From contig CAVXRD010000002.1 in the NCBI GenBank assembly GCA_963764165.1, positions 3,264,001 through 3,328,000 on the forward strand: a stretch of DNA of 64,000 nt, written 5' to 3'. This document shows, piece after piece, positions 49,715 to 58,965 of the stretch. The first letter of the stretch is position 1. Each line of letters opens with the position of its first letter. The translations under genes were made by a program, and so were the position numbers. This DNA comes from an uncultured Verrucomicrobiae bacterium. Lineage in GTDB: Bacteria; Verrucomicrobiota; Verrucomicrobiia; Limisphaerales; Palsa-1400. The notes below the pieces were generated by a model. The model was not told the origin of the DNA and did not search any database. It saw nothing but the letters and a program-made list of their open reading frames with translations.

Positions 49715-52700
49715 ATGAAAAGTAATCTAATTGACACACTCACGCTCGCTCGCCGAGCGAATCGGGGAACCAACGGGCCACAGCCAAATGAGCCATTTCG
49801 CTTTGCCAGCTGCTTCCGAATTCTCAGCCTGCCACTTCAGTTTCTCGCCGCCTTGATGCTGGTGACAAATGCCATCGCGGCACCGGCGTTGAAGATCACG
49901 ACCAAGTCGCTGCCCAACGCCACGGTGGGCACGCCGTATCTTCAAACACTGTCCGTCTCCGGCGGCGCGCCGCCTTACACTTGGGCCGTGCAATCGGGCG
50001 GACTGCCGAGTTTGCTGACCCTTAATCCGACCAACGGACAAATAACGGGGATGCCCACCGCCTCGGGTTCTTGGGTCTATAGCTATCCGTTTTCCGTCTA
50101 CATCAGGGTTGCCGACGCGAATTCGAACACGGCCTTCGCCAGTTACTCGTTCTACGTTGTTCCCCCCTCCAACACTTACTACCAGTTGACCGTCAACAAC
50201 GGCACGGGCGGCGGGTTTTACACCTCGAATACATCTGTCGCCATTTCGGCCAACAATGCCCCGGCTGGCCAGGCCTTTCAGCAATGGGTTGGCGCGCCGG
50301 TCGGTTCGCCGACTTCCGCATCCACGACTCTGTTGATGCCGGGTTCGAACGTCACCGTGACGGCGACATACGCGCCTGTCAATCAAACCTACGCGCTCAC
50401 GGTGGTCAACGGCACGGGGAGCGGTTCCTACGCCTCGAATGCCTCCGTGACCATCACCGCCAATCCCCCCGCCGCCGGCCAGGTGTTCCAATCGTGGACC
50501 GGCGCGGCGGTGGCCAATCCACTCTCGGCGACCACGACGCTCGTCATGCCCGCGGCGACCGCGAAGGTGACCGCCAATTATGCGGCAATTCCGTCACTCG
50601 CGATTGTCAAACAAACGCTGCCGAGCGCGGTTGTCGGCGTGCCGTATTCACAGGCTCTGAGCGCCACGGGAGGGTTTCCGCCTTACACTTGGAACGTGCA
50701 GTCCGGCGCATTGCCGGATGTTCTGACGTTGAATTCGACCAACGGGATTATTTCGGGCATCGCGACGGCGGCCGGATCATGGGTATTCACATACACCAAC
50801 CTCGCTTATGTCGTGGTGACCGATTCGGCCTCCAACACCGCCGCGGCCACCTTCGCAATACCGGTGGTTCCCGCGCCCAACACATATTTCACATTGACAG
50901 TCTCCAACGGAACTGGCGGCGGGTTTTATTTGACAAACACGCAGAACGGAATTTCCGCCAACGCCCCGGCCGCCGGGCAAATTTTCCAATACTGGACCGG
51001 GCCGGGCGTGGCGAATCCCAATGCAGCCAACACCTACGTCACGATGCCCGCGTCCAACATCACCGTGACGGCGGTTTATGGCACGGCTCCGCCGCCTCCG
51101 CCAACCTACGCGCTGACTGTGGTCGGTGGAACCGGCGGCGGCTCCTACGTGGCGGGCTCCACGGTGACGATTACGGCGAACACGCCGCCCGCGGGCGAAG
51201 TGTTCCAGGATTGGACGGGCGCGGCGGTCGGAAACCTGCTCGCCAGCACGACAACCATCATCATGCCGGCGGGCCCGGTAACGGTGACCGCCAATTTTGG
51301 CGCGCCGATTCCGACCTATTCGCTTACAGTGGTCAACGGCACGGGCAGCGGAAATTTCCCAGCCAACGCCACAGTGACGATTACTGCTAACTTTCCCTCC
51401 AGCGGCCAGTCGTTTGCCGGCTGGAGCGGCGCGAGCGTGGCCAGTGCAAGTTCGCTGACCACCACCCTCGTCATGCCGTCCAACAATGTGATTGTGACGG
51501 CAAATTACGGATTCCCGCCGCCTGCGGTCACCAACGTGCCGCAGCCGATTGCCAGCCATCCGCGTTTGTGGATCACGCCAGCCGACTTGCCGCGTTTGCA
51601 AAGCTGGGCCGTGGCGTCCAATGCCATTTATTCGCAGGGCCTGAAGCTCCTGGCCGATAAATGCGTTTACGATTTCCAGACGCAATTCTTCCCCGGCGGC
51701 CAGCCGAATCCGAATTATCCGGACCCGGGCGACACCCAGGGTTACGTCGGGTTGATCTCCGAGCAATACATGCTGGTGCTGGCGTTCAACGCCTTGATTG
51801 ACCCAAGCCAATCCAACCGTGTTCTATACGGCCAATGCGCGCACGACTTGATGATGTATGGCATCAACCAGGCGGCCCAGGGAGTGGCCCCCAACCTGCC
51901 ATTCCGGGATCGGCTGTTCCCAACTTACAATCGCGCGAGCTGGACTTCGGAAGCGTGGCCATTGACGCTCGATTGGCTCTACGACGCCACCAACGCCAGC
52001 GGACAGCCCATGTTCTCAGCACAGGACAAGGCAACGATCCGCAATGTGTTCCTGACGTGGGCCAGTGAATGCTCGACAGCGGAGACCACTGGCGGGGACA
52101 GTCCGTATCCGGTAGGTGTGTTGAATGATCCCAGCCTCCTGCCCGGCGGCAACGCCTACCGCTTTGCGGCCAACAATTATTACCAGGCGCACGCGCGGCT
52201 GCTGGCTATGATGTCGCTCTCGATTGACCCGGCCGACGACGCGCCGCTCAACACAAACCAGCCGCCGGCCCAGCTCGGCAACACGCTGCGCAGCTATATA
52301 CTTGACGTTACCGGCGCTTGGCTCTACCAGCAATTCGCCATGTTCGGCGACCCGGATGCGGTGGAAAGCGCCTACAATCTGCCCGCGACGGCTTCGGTCG
52401 GATTGGCCAGCGGCGGGCTTCCGCCGGAAGGCATGCTCTACGGCGATTCCGTCCGCTCCATCGCGGAGGAATTGCTCGCGCTCAAAACGGCGGGCTTCGG
52501 CGATCCGGCCCTCTCCGGCCCGCAAATCGCGCTGGCCAACAATGCGCCGGTTTGGTCGAGGTTCGTCACCGGTTTCATTTCTTCGCTGGTGCCGCAGCAG
52601 GCCGTGCCCTCCGATGAAAGCTACCTTGGCGAAGTTTACCAATTCGCCAGTTACGGCGATGTGTTGCGGATGTTCGCCACGCCGGACATGGTGACCGTGT

Positions 52701-53983
52701 TCGGATCGCTCAGTTTGCTTGACAGGCAGAATAACGACCTCTCGCGCCTGAACGCGGATCGCTGGTTTGCGATCAACGCTGTTCAAGGCGGCGCAGCGAG
52801 CCTGATGACGCGCGTCCAAGATCCGTGGACGTGGGGTGTGCAGGATTCGATCTTCCTGTTTCTGTTGCTTGATCCATCCGCCACGACGACGGATCCGCGT
52901 CCGAATTATTCAACGTCGTTCTATGACCCGGGGCAGGGCCGGTTGGTGGACCGCACGAGTTGGGCGCCGAACGCAACGATGTTCGATTTCCGTTGCAGTT
53001 GGGAATCGATCAACCACCAGCAGGCGGACGCCAACCAATTCGAGTTTTATCGCAACGGCGAATGGCTGACCAAGGGCGTGGCCAACTATGACAACAACGA
53101 CAATGGCCAATCCTCGCTCTATCACAACACGCTGGCGTTGCATAATTGGTGCTCCGGCGGTATTCCCACCAACCTGGATTGGTCCCTGCCGTTTTGGACA
53201 AACGGATCGCAATGGCCGCTGGGCTTGAACAATGGCGACCCGGTCACCTATGCCAGCGTGCAGGCCAATTATGACTACGCGTTCGGCGATGCCACGCAGC
53301 TCTACAACAAGCCCGAGTATTGGATTCCGAGCAGCGCGGCGCTGGATATCAAGGAAGCGAGCCGTTCCATTCTTTGGCTCAAGCCGGACCACATCGTGAT
53401 CTACGATCGCGCCACATCGCACACGGCGGGTTTGTTCAAGGAATTCAATCTGACCTTCCCGAACCTGCCGACCGCGAACAGCAACGTCATCACGACAACG
53501 ACGCCGGGTGGACAGCATCTGTTCATCACCTCGCTCCTGCCGGCTGATGGTGTTCTTTCGGTCAATTCCATCGACGGATTGTTGACAACCTACGCCGATC
53601 TCGAGCCGTGCCATTACCGCATGGCAATCCAGGATCCGTCCAGCCCGACGAACTCACGCTTCCTGCATGTCTTGCAGGGGACGGATGCGAACGCCACGCC
53701 GGACGATGCAACGCTCGTGCAGAGCACCGGAGGAACACCAATGGACGGCGCGATCTTCGGAGAGAACGCAGTGATGTTTGCGACGGATTCGCAGGCCGCC
53801 TTTACCGGTGTCACATACACGGTGCCTGCGAATGTCACCCAGCACTTTGTGACGGGGTGCGTTCCCGGAGCGTTTTATAATGTGGTCACGGGAATCTCGG
53901 GCGCTGGACTGACGGTGACGATTACGCCGGCCGCCGCAGGTTTCCAAGCGGACTCGGCAGGCGTTTTGCCGTTGAGCTTCTAG
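49715..53983 (+). CDS. Large secreted protein: Ig-like (He_PIG-type) and InlB-B-like repeats plus a heparinase II/III-like lyase region
   Basis: 'LP.A.VG.PY.Q.LS..GG.PPYTW' x2; 'Y.LTV.NGTG.G.Y...V.I.AN....F..W.G' x5; HPRLW; NHQQADANQFEFYRNGEWL; HNTL. Confidence 0.82.
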   Translation: MKSNLIDTLTLARRANRGTNGPQPNEPFRFASCFRILSLPLQFLAALMLVTNAIAAPALKITTKSLPNATVGTPYLQTLSVSGGAPPYTWAVQSGGLPSLLTLNPTNGQITGMPTASGSWVYSYPFSVYIRVADANSNTAFASYSFYVVPPSNTYYQLTVNNGTGGGFYTSNTSVAISANNAPAGQAFQQWVGAPVGSPTSASTTLLMPGSNVTVTATYAPVNQTYALTVVNGTGSGSYASNASVTITANPPAAGQVFQSWTGAAVANPLSATTTLVMPAATAKVTANYAAIPSLAIVKQTLPSAVVGVPYSQALSATGGFPPYTWNVQSGALPDVLTLNSTNGIISGIATAAGSWVFTYTNLAYVVVTDSASNTAAATFAIPVVPAPNTYFTLTVSNGTGGGFYLTNTQNGISANAPAAGQIFQYWTGPGVANPNAANTYVTMPASNITVTAVYGTAPPPPPTYALTVVGGTGGGSYVAGSTVTITANTPPAGEVFQDWTGAAVGNLLASTTTIIMPAGPVTVTANFGAPIPTYSLTVVNGTGSGNFPANATVTITANFPSSGQSFAGWSGASVASASSLTTTLVMPSNNVIVTANYGFPPPAVTNVPQPIASHPRLWITPADLPRLQSWAVASNAIYSQGLKLLADKCVYDFQTQFFPGGQPNPNYPDPGDTQGYVGLISEQYMLVLAFNALIDPSQSNRVLYGQCAHDLMMYGINQAAQGVAPNLPFRDRLFPTYNRASWTSEAWPLTLDWLYDATNASGQPMFSAQDKATIRNVFLTWASECSTAETTGGDSPYPVGVLNDPSLLPGGNAYRFAANNYYQAHARLLAMMSLSIDPADDAPLNTNQPPAQLGNTLRSYILDVTGAWLYQQFAMFGDPDAVESAYNLPATASVGLASGGLPPEGMLYGDSVRSIAEELLALKTAGFGDPALSGPQIALANNAPVWSRFVTGFISSLVPQQAVPSDESYLGEVYQFASYGDVLRMFATPDMVTVFGSLSLLDRQNNDLSRLNADRWFAINAVQGGAASLMTRVQDPWTWGVQDSIFLFLLLDPSATTTDPRPNYSTSFYDPGQGRLVDRTSWAPNATMFDFRCSWESINHQQADANQFEFYRNGEWLTKGVANYDNNDNGQSSLYHNTLALHNWCSGGIPTNLDWSLPFWTNGSQWPLGLNNGDPVTYASVQANYDYAFGDATQLYNKPEYWIPSSAALDIKEASRSILWLKPDHIVIYDRATSHTAGLFKEFNLTFPNLPTANSNVITTTTPGGQHLFITSLLPADGVLSVNSIDGLLTTYADLEPCHYRMAIQDPSSPTNSRFLHVLQGTDANATPDDATLVQSTGGTPMDGAIFGENAVMFATDSQAAFTGVTYTVPANVTQHFVTGCVPGAFYNVVTGISGAGLTVTITPAAAGFQADSAGVLPLSF

Positions 53984-54027
53984 CGAAACAAGATTGGGTC
54001 ATCGGCCAAAGTGCCGTTGAGAGGTCG

Positions 54028-54068
54028 GCCTCCGCCGTGGAGCAATCTGCGGCGGAGGCTTTTTGTTT
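54028..54068 (+). terminator. Intrinsic terminator
   Basis: GCCTCCGCCG...CGGCGGAGGC followed by TTTTTGTTT. Confidence 0.7.
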
Positions 54069-54073
54069 CAAAA

Positions 54074-54173
54074 GGTAGGGACGCCTCGCCGAGGCGTCCA
54101 GGGTGAGGCGCTCTATATGCGCAAGCCGTGGCACGAGTCCGCGCAACCGGACGGCTCGGCGAGGCCCCCTGCC
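54074..54173. repeat. GTAG-type REP doublet
   Basis: GGTAGGGACGCCTCGCCGAGGCGTCC plus a degenerate inverted copy; the same unit occurs at 57493-57573. Confidence 0.8.
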
Positions 54174-54196
54174 GCGTTTCGCGCTCAGAAATCGAT

Positions 54197-55972
54197 TTAC
54201 TCGCCCGGGGTTGTCGGCAGCGGCACGGCGCGGTACATCTGGCTGTTGAAATTCGTTGCGTTCGGATCGATGAACTCAATCATGCCGTTGACAACTTGGT
54301 TCGTGCAAATTGGAGTCCACGTCGCGAGGTTTGTGCTGCCATCAATGCGGAACCATGCGCCATCGGGGCCGGCAAGGTTCATCGAGAACGAGCGATCCGG
54401 CAGGAAGCCGCCCGGAAGGTTGTTGGTCATGTTGCCAATGATAATCGCCTCTGCCCGCGGACCAATGGCGAAGTAGGCCGGCGGCACGTTCGTGTCTGGA
54501 TTCACTCCGATGATTACTGTGGAACTCGGCGAGTCGGCATTGGTGTCTGCCGGGATAATGGTGATGGCGGCTTCAGTCTGGCCGGCGGGGATGGTCACCG
54601 AGCCCGGCAAAGCCGCGTAATCCACGCCGTTGGTGGCGGTGCCGCCTAATGTATAGTCAATCACAAGATCGGCGTTGGTGCTGCCATACCGGCGGACAGT
54701 GAAAATGGCGTCCTGCGGCCCGCAGTTGGTCACCCATTGCCATGCAGCATTCGAGGAAATCCAATTGCTCCACGTGATCGGCCCGCCCAGATACGTCCAG
54801 CAATTCGTGCCGTCAATCGCGACGGGAGAGGTCGCCGAAACGGTGACAAACGTCGGCAGGTTGGTTGGCGGAGGCGGAAGCGGCCCAAGGACGGTGATGC
54901 TGACCGGCGTTGAAGTCGCCGCTCCGCCGTTTGACGCCGTCGCCACCGCTGTCACAGAATATCCGCCAGGCGGGGGATTGCTCCAGACGAGGCGATAGTA
55001 ATTCGCCAGCCCGGGCTGAGGCGGGAAAATTGGCGCGACGGGCGAAATCGGCTGGCCCGCTCCCAGAAAATTGGATCCGGCGTAAAATCCAACATTCGAA
55101 ACGGCCTCGTACGGTCCGTCGGCATAGGCAACCAAATCGATATTCACCGGCGAGCGAAAGACGCTGTAATTGGGAGGGCTCGTGATGCGAACCAGCGGAG
55201 GAGTGGGGGGCGGGGGATTGGTGGACGCACTGACGATGATCGTCTCCGTCACTTCCTTCATCGTGGCAAGACCCGTGTTATCGAGCGTGAAAGTTCCACT
55301 TGCTGTCAAACGATACGCGCCTGCGGAAGCGTTGCTCCACGTAAATAGATAATCGCGATCAGGCGGGTTGGAGACATAATTTGTCTTCGTTTCGCGAAAT
55401 ATCGGAATCCCGACTGGGTTGAGCAGGATGGGCGCAATCGATACCGATACTTCCGCTTGGTAATTCGATGGGACAAATGCGGAAATGTCAATCGGCACGG
55501 ATGCATGAAGTGGAAATCCGCTTCCAGACGCCGGGCTGGCGATGGCAATGGACGGCAATTGCGAGACAGTGACTAAGACTGCCGGGGAAACAAAGGAATG
55601 GCCGTTGGTGTCTACTGCCGTGGCCGTCAAGCTATGAACGCCGGCCGGCGGATTGGACCAGGTCAAAAAGTATGCGCGCCCGCCTCTCGGATTGATCCCG
55701 GGGCCGCCTGGGTCGACGATCGCGAAATTTGAGACAACGCCCAGCGGCTGGAGGCCGTCAAAAAACTCAACGAAAGCCGCCAGATCGTTTGTCGTCGGAA
55801 CAATGGCGGTGATGCCTATGTTCGTAGGGCCGGCAAAAACTGAGCCATTGGTGGGAGTTGTTATCGTGACAGCCAGAGAATTGGATTGAGCCTGGCTCGC
55901 CGCCGGATTCAGGACACTCGCAAGGAAAATGCCAAAACAGAATGTCTGGCAACAACGCAGAAGAGTTTTCAT
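54197..55972 (-). CDS. Secreted Ig-like (x3) plus Calx-beta protein
   Basis: V.IT.P.NGS.F...V.F....LG...W.N...G.Y.LTA.A repeats; YTLGGTATNGVDY..L.GSVTIPAG; C-terminal STNL..W...YRA. Confidence 0.85.
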   Translation of the reverse strand: MKTLLRCCQTFCFGIFLASVLNPAASQAQSNSLAVTITTPTNGSVFAGPTNIGITAIVPTTNDLAAFVEFFDGLQPLGVVSNFAIVDPGGPGINPRGGRAYFLTWSNPPAGVHSLTATAVDTNGHSFVSPAVLVTVSQLPSIAIASPASGSGFPLHASVPIDISAFVPSNYQAEVSVSIAPILLNPVGIPIFRETKTNYVSNPPDRDYLFTWSNASAGAYRLTASGTFTLDNTGLATMKEVTETIIVSASTNPPPPTPPLVRITSPPNYSVFRSPVNIDLVAYADGPYEAVSNVGFYAGSNFLGAGQPISPVAPIFPPQPGLANYYRLVWSNPPPGGYSVTAVATASNGGAATSTPVSITVLGPLPPPPTNLPTFVTVSATSPVAIDGTNCWTYLGGPITWSNWISSNAAWQWVTNCGPQDAIFTVRRYGSTNADLVIDYTLGGTATNGVDYAALPGSVTIPAGQTEAAITIIPADTNADSPSSTVIIGVNPDTNVPPAYFAIGPRAEAIIIGNMTNNLPGGFLPDRSFSMNLAGPDGAWFRIDGSTNLATWTPICTNQVVNGMIEFIDPNATNFNSQMYRAVPLPTTPGE

Positions 55973-56049
55973 ATAACGCCTTAGGTTCGTAGAGTCTGCG
56001 AAAGCAATCTCTATCACCTCGGAGCCGCTCTGTCAATTAACCAAGCGAA

Positions 56050-56325
56050 TTATTTCTTCTTGTCCGCAGCCGCAGTACGCCGGGCAAAGATGAAACAGGC
56101 GAATGACCCAAGCCCTGAGAATTTAAAGCCAGGATTGATGTAATGCTCTATCACGTAGAAGGCGAAATAGTAGAGGCGGCAGAATGACCAAATGGCGACG
56201 GCGAGACAGATCGCGATGTTCCAAGACTGCGTTTCTTCGATGATAAATGCGACCGAGCCAAAGCCAAGCAGCAGAAAAAGCGCTGCCTTCACCTTCATCC
56301 AAAATGGGTCAACGAGATCGTGCAT
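56050..56325 (-). CDS. Small membrane protein
   Basis: Two TMs; WSFCRLYYFAFYVIEHY. Confidence 0.7.
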   Translation of the reverse strand: MHDLVDPFWMKVKAALFLLLGFGSVAFIIEETQSWNIAICLAVAIWSFCRLYYFAFYVIEHYINPGFKFSGLGSFACFIFARRTAAADKKK

Positions 56326-56345
56326 AGAAATTCAAGACGACAGCT

Positions 56346-56798
56346 TCACTCGCCTGTTTTTGGCTTCGAGGGTGCGCCAGTCGGCGTGATTTGCAGCGTC
56401 AACGAGTAATCCCGATAGCCCATCGCGCGCCAAAAGTTGACAGCCGGTTCGTTGTGCAGGAGAACCGAAACGGTCATTCGCCGGCCCGCCGGCCAGATTT
56501 CCCGGCGCAACATTTCGATGGCTCTCCGCCCAGCGCCAATCCGCCGCCGATGCCGGACGACGAAAAAATGCCGCAAGTAAATCTCGGAAGGGAGTATTCG
56601 GTAGAGGGCGTAGGCAACCAATTCGCCGCCGTCCTCAAACAGGATGGCTTCGTACTCGCTGTGAATCCACTCCAGCATCCGCGCTTCCAACTCGGGGACG
56701 GTCATGTCGCTGTGGTGGCACTCGTCCTCGATGAGTTGATGGTTCAACTCCGCCAGCAATTTGCAGTCGCGTTTGGTTGCCAGCCGCCAGTTCATCAC
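56346..56798 (-). CDS. GNAT N-acetyltransferase
   Basis: FFV.R..RR.G.GR and N..A..FW...GY. Confidence 0.88.
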   Translation of the reverse strand: MMNWRLATKRDCKLLAELNHQLIEDECHHSDMTVPELEARMLEWIHSEYEAILFEDGGELVAYALYRILPSEIYLRHFFVVRHRRRIGAGRRAIEMLRREIWPAGRRMTVSVLLHNEPAVNFWRAMGYRDYSLTLQITPTGAPSKPKTGE

Positions 56799-56801
56799 GC
56801 G

Positions 56802-57440
56802 TTAATTTGCGGTAATGGATTGGGCCAGCCGCATGGCGACGCCCTCGAGCCACAAATCCCGGTCACCGTCCGAGGCCAGATCATTTTGGCCCAGCACGGA
56901 CACGCCCGGCAGCATATCGGATTCGACGAGAAACAGGCGGTAATTATGGACGAATACAGCCACGCCCATTTTTGGCGCGGCCGGACGCAGGTAGATGAAG
57001 GTCAGCATTCCTTCGCGCACGTCAGAATGGTAATGGGGCTCGATCATATCGCCGTATTCGCGGTGCGCGAATTCAGTCAGCGCTTTTTCGCGGCCCTGGC
57101 TTTCCACCATTTGCATCATGGTGCTTGTCGGCAAAATCGGCTGGGAAGTAAAGCTGATCCGGCTGCCCCAATTGTCCGTGAAGGTGACCGTTTGGGGGCC
57201 ATCGCGCAACACTCGGCCGCCGACTTCCGGGCTTACCGGAACCGGCACGGAAAAGCCGCCTTCCGAGGAGGTGTAGGCAGATGCCTTGATGGAGCCGACA
57301 AGGTGAACTTTGGGGGTTTTTCGTGGCTTAGGAGGTGGCGGGTTCTTGTCCCCGCTGACACATCCGCTGGCCATCACGGCAAAACTGATCGACAACGCCA
57401 CACTGGCGAATTTGTTCGTCACAGACATCTTCGATTCCAT
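56802..57440 (-). CDS. Putative lipoprotein
   Basis: Hydrophobic signal ending in ASGC (lipobox). Confidence 0.75.
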   Translation of the reverse strand: MESKMSVTNKFASVALSISFAVMASGCVSGDKNPPPPKPRKTPKVHLVGSIKASAYTSSEGGFSVPVPVSPEVGGRVLRDGPQTVTFTDNWGSRISFTSQPILPTSTMMQMVESQGREKALTEFAHREYGDMIEPHYHSDVREGMLTFIYLRPAAPKMGVAVFVHNYRLFLVESDMLPGVSVLGQNDLASDGDRDLWLEGVAMRLAQSITAN

Positions 57441-57492
57441 GTGTAAAAAATGATAACTCCGGGAGCGCCCGAACCAAAAGCCCCATTTTTGA

Positions 57493-57573
57493 GGTAGGAA
57501 CGCCTCGCCGAGGCGCCCGGGTTGAGGCTTTATTTGCGCGTAGGACCGGACGCCTCGGCGAGGCGTCCCTACC
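57493..57573. repeat. GTAG-type REP doublet
   Basis: GGTAGGAACGCCTCGCCGAGGCGCCCGG ... CCGGACGCCTCGGCGAGGCGTCCCTACC. Confidence 0.8.
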
Positions 57574-57643
57574 TTTCTTAGTCCACGCCCCGATGCAGGC
57601 TTCAACACCGGAGGCCGCGAATGGTCGCGGAGGAATGAATGAT

Positions 57644-57686
57644 AAAAACAATAAGCCCCCACCCGGCCTTGCGGCCGAATGGGGGC
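57644..57686 (-). terminator. Intrinsic terminator closing the putative large ncRNA
   Basis: Minus strand GCCCCCAUUCGGCC-GCAA-GGCCGGGUGGGGGC followed by UUAUUGUUUUU. Confidence 0.8.
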
Positions 57687-58523
57687 AAATTGGGGGCTGG
57701 GAGTTCGCCAATCTCTCTTTCCCACGCTGACATTAGGCGCACCCAACTGGGGCTGCCAGCTTCCCGACGCCATTCTCCACGGCAAGCGGAGTTTTGCGGC
57801 CTCATAGCAGGGCCGTCCAGCGCCTTGCGGTCACTGAATTTATTGAGTGAGGCCTCTTGGCTCGCTTGGGCTGGCGTTTGCAGCGCCGACTTGCGAACCA
57901 GGTTAAGACACGTTTGCGATTTCGATTCCGCGTCTTAACCATTTTGCGCCGGGACGGCCACCGTTTTTGGCGGTGCGTTGGCCCGGTGCTACGGGTCTGA
58001 CCTCTTAACTCTCAGGTTGCTTCTTTTCACAAGCCAGCGGTGCTGTTTTTAACATCGCCGACGTTTCGGAAGGGTTTTTACATGCCTTGCCTGGGCCGTG
58101 TTTCCTTCCCGCTGCGCGCGCTCACTTTGTCCCGCCTTTCAGCGTCTTTCTTTGGGCCGGCCTTCGTTGGAAGACCGCCAGAGTCGCGCACATCGTGCTG
58201 ATCCACAGTAGCAACCGTCTACCCTCTGGGTAACTGCGATTCACTCAAGCCTGAAACCGTCTTGAGTTACTTGACTCGGCTCGATGCAGTTTCTTTATCT
58301 TGCATTTAACCGCTCAGTTCCTGCTTCGCGTCACTGACAGCGTGCGAGCGCTGCCAGAGGAACTGGTGAATCCTGCCTCCGGTCTCCGAACCTTGCGATC
58401 CAGACTTAGAGGGGTTGAGCCAACCAGCCTGGCCCAGCCTTTCCCCAGTCACCTGGGATTATCCTTGGAATGTTTGCAACTTTCTTTCGTCCGCCACTCC
58501 CACTCCAGCTCTTTCAATGAACT
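57650..58523 (-). ncRNA. Candidate large (~870 nt) highly structured non-coding RNA, GOLLD-like in size and architecture
   Basis: No credible ORF; flanked by a promoter, boxA-like leader and terminator; many helices and GNRA loops whose G-U pairs form only on the minus strand; 5'/3' closing helix. The family assignment is unverified. Confidence 0.7.
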
Positions 58524-58538
58524 GTTAAGAGAATAGCA
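58512..58538 (-). promoter_or_regulatory. Extended -10 promoter (TGcTATTCT) followed by a boxA-like GTTCATTGAAA
   Basis: -10 at 58535-58530, TG at 58538-58537; boxA-like element at 58522-58512. Confidence 0.55.
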
Positions 58539-58564
58539 GATTTCTGTGGCCTGAACATCAATTC

Positions 58565-58716
58565 TTGTTCACCGAGTTATTCACTTTCGGGAAAAATTAT
58601 TCACCACCTCGCAATCGCGTAAAGCATTGCGCATAAATCATTTGAGACATGCGTGTGAATAGCATGTCAGGGTGGCCGAACGGGCAAGAAAGGGGACGGT
58701 GGATAAGTTCTTCACG
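58565..58716. promoter_or_regulatory. Cluster of six degenerate DnaA-box-like 9-mers
   Basis: TTGTTCACC 58565, TTATTCACT 58577, TTATTCACC 58597, rc CTATTCACA 58654, rc TTATCCACC 58698, TTCTTCACG 58708 (consensus TTWTNCACA). Confidence 0.55.
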
Positions 58717-58965
58717 CTAAAGCCGCAAAAATCTGCAAATCCGCGCGAATTCAGTTTAGTCAAATAGAAGTTTGATTGAGCGTGGCGCGAGGGGAATCCG
58801 TCCGTGGCGTGCCATGCTTCCTGTCGCTGCCCGGGCGTTCCGGCGGCGGCTGGCCGGAGATTCTCACCAACTGCAATATCGAGAGAACGCCTATTGCCTC
58901 TAAATTGGTGTGGCCTCCAAACCTTCTGCTTGGCAGACCAAGAACGCGATGCCTAAGATGGTTCC

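Noticed and set aside
57650..58523. RNase P RNA, tmRNA, rRNA fragment or group II intron
   Set aside because: I found no GAGGAAAGUCC P4 signature, no tRNA-like CCA end, no domain V motif and no recognisable rRNA sequence; the length does not fit RNase P or tmRNA.
58300..58536. 78-aa ORF, and the N-terminal extension of ORF 56802..57785, as coding explanations for the 57.6-58.5 kb gap
   Set aside because: TTG start, no recognisable motifs and antisense to the promoter/terminator unit. The lipoprotein's real start is near 57440, and the extension runs through a REP and a terminator.
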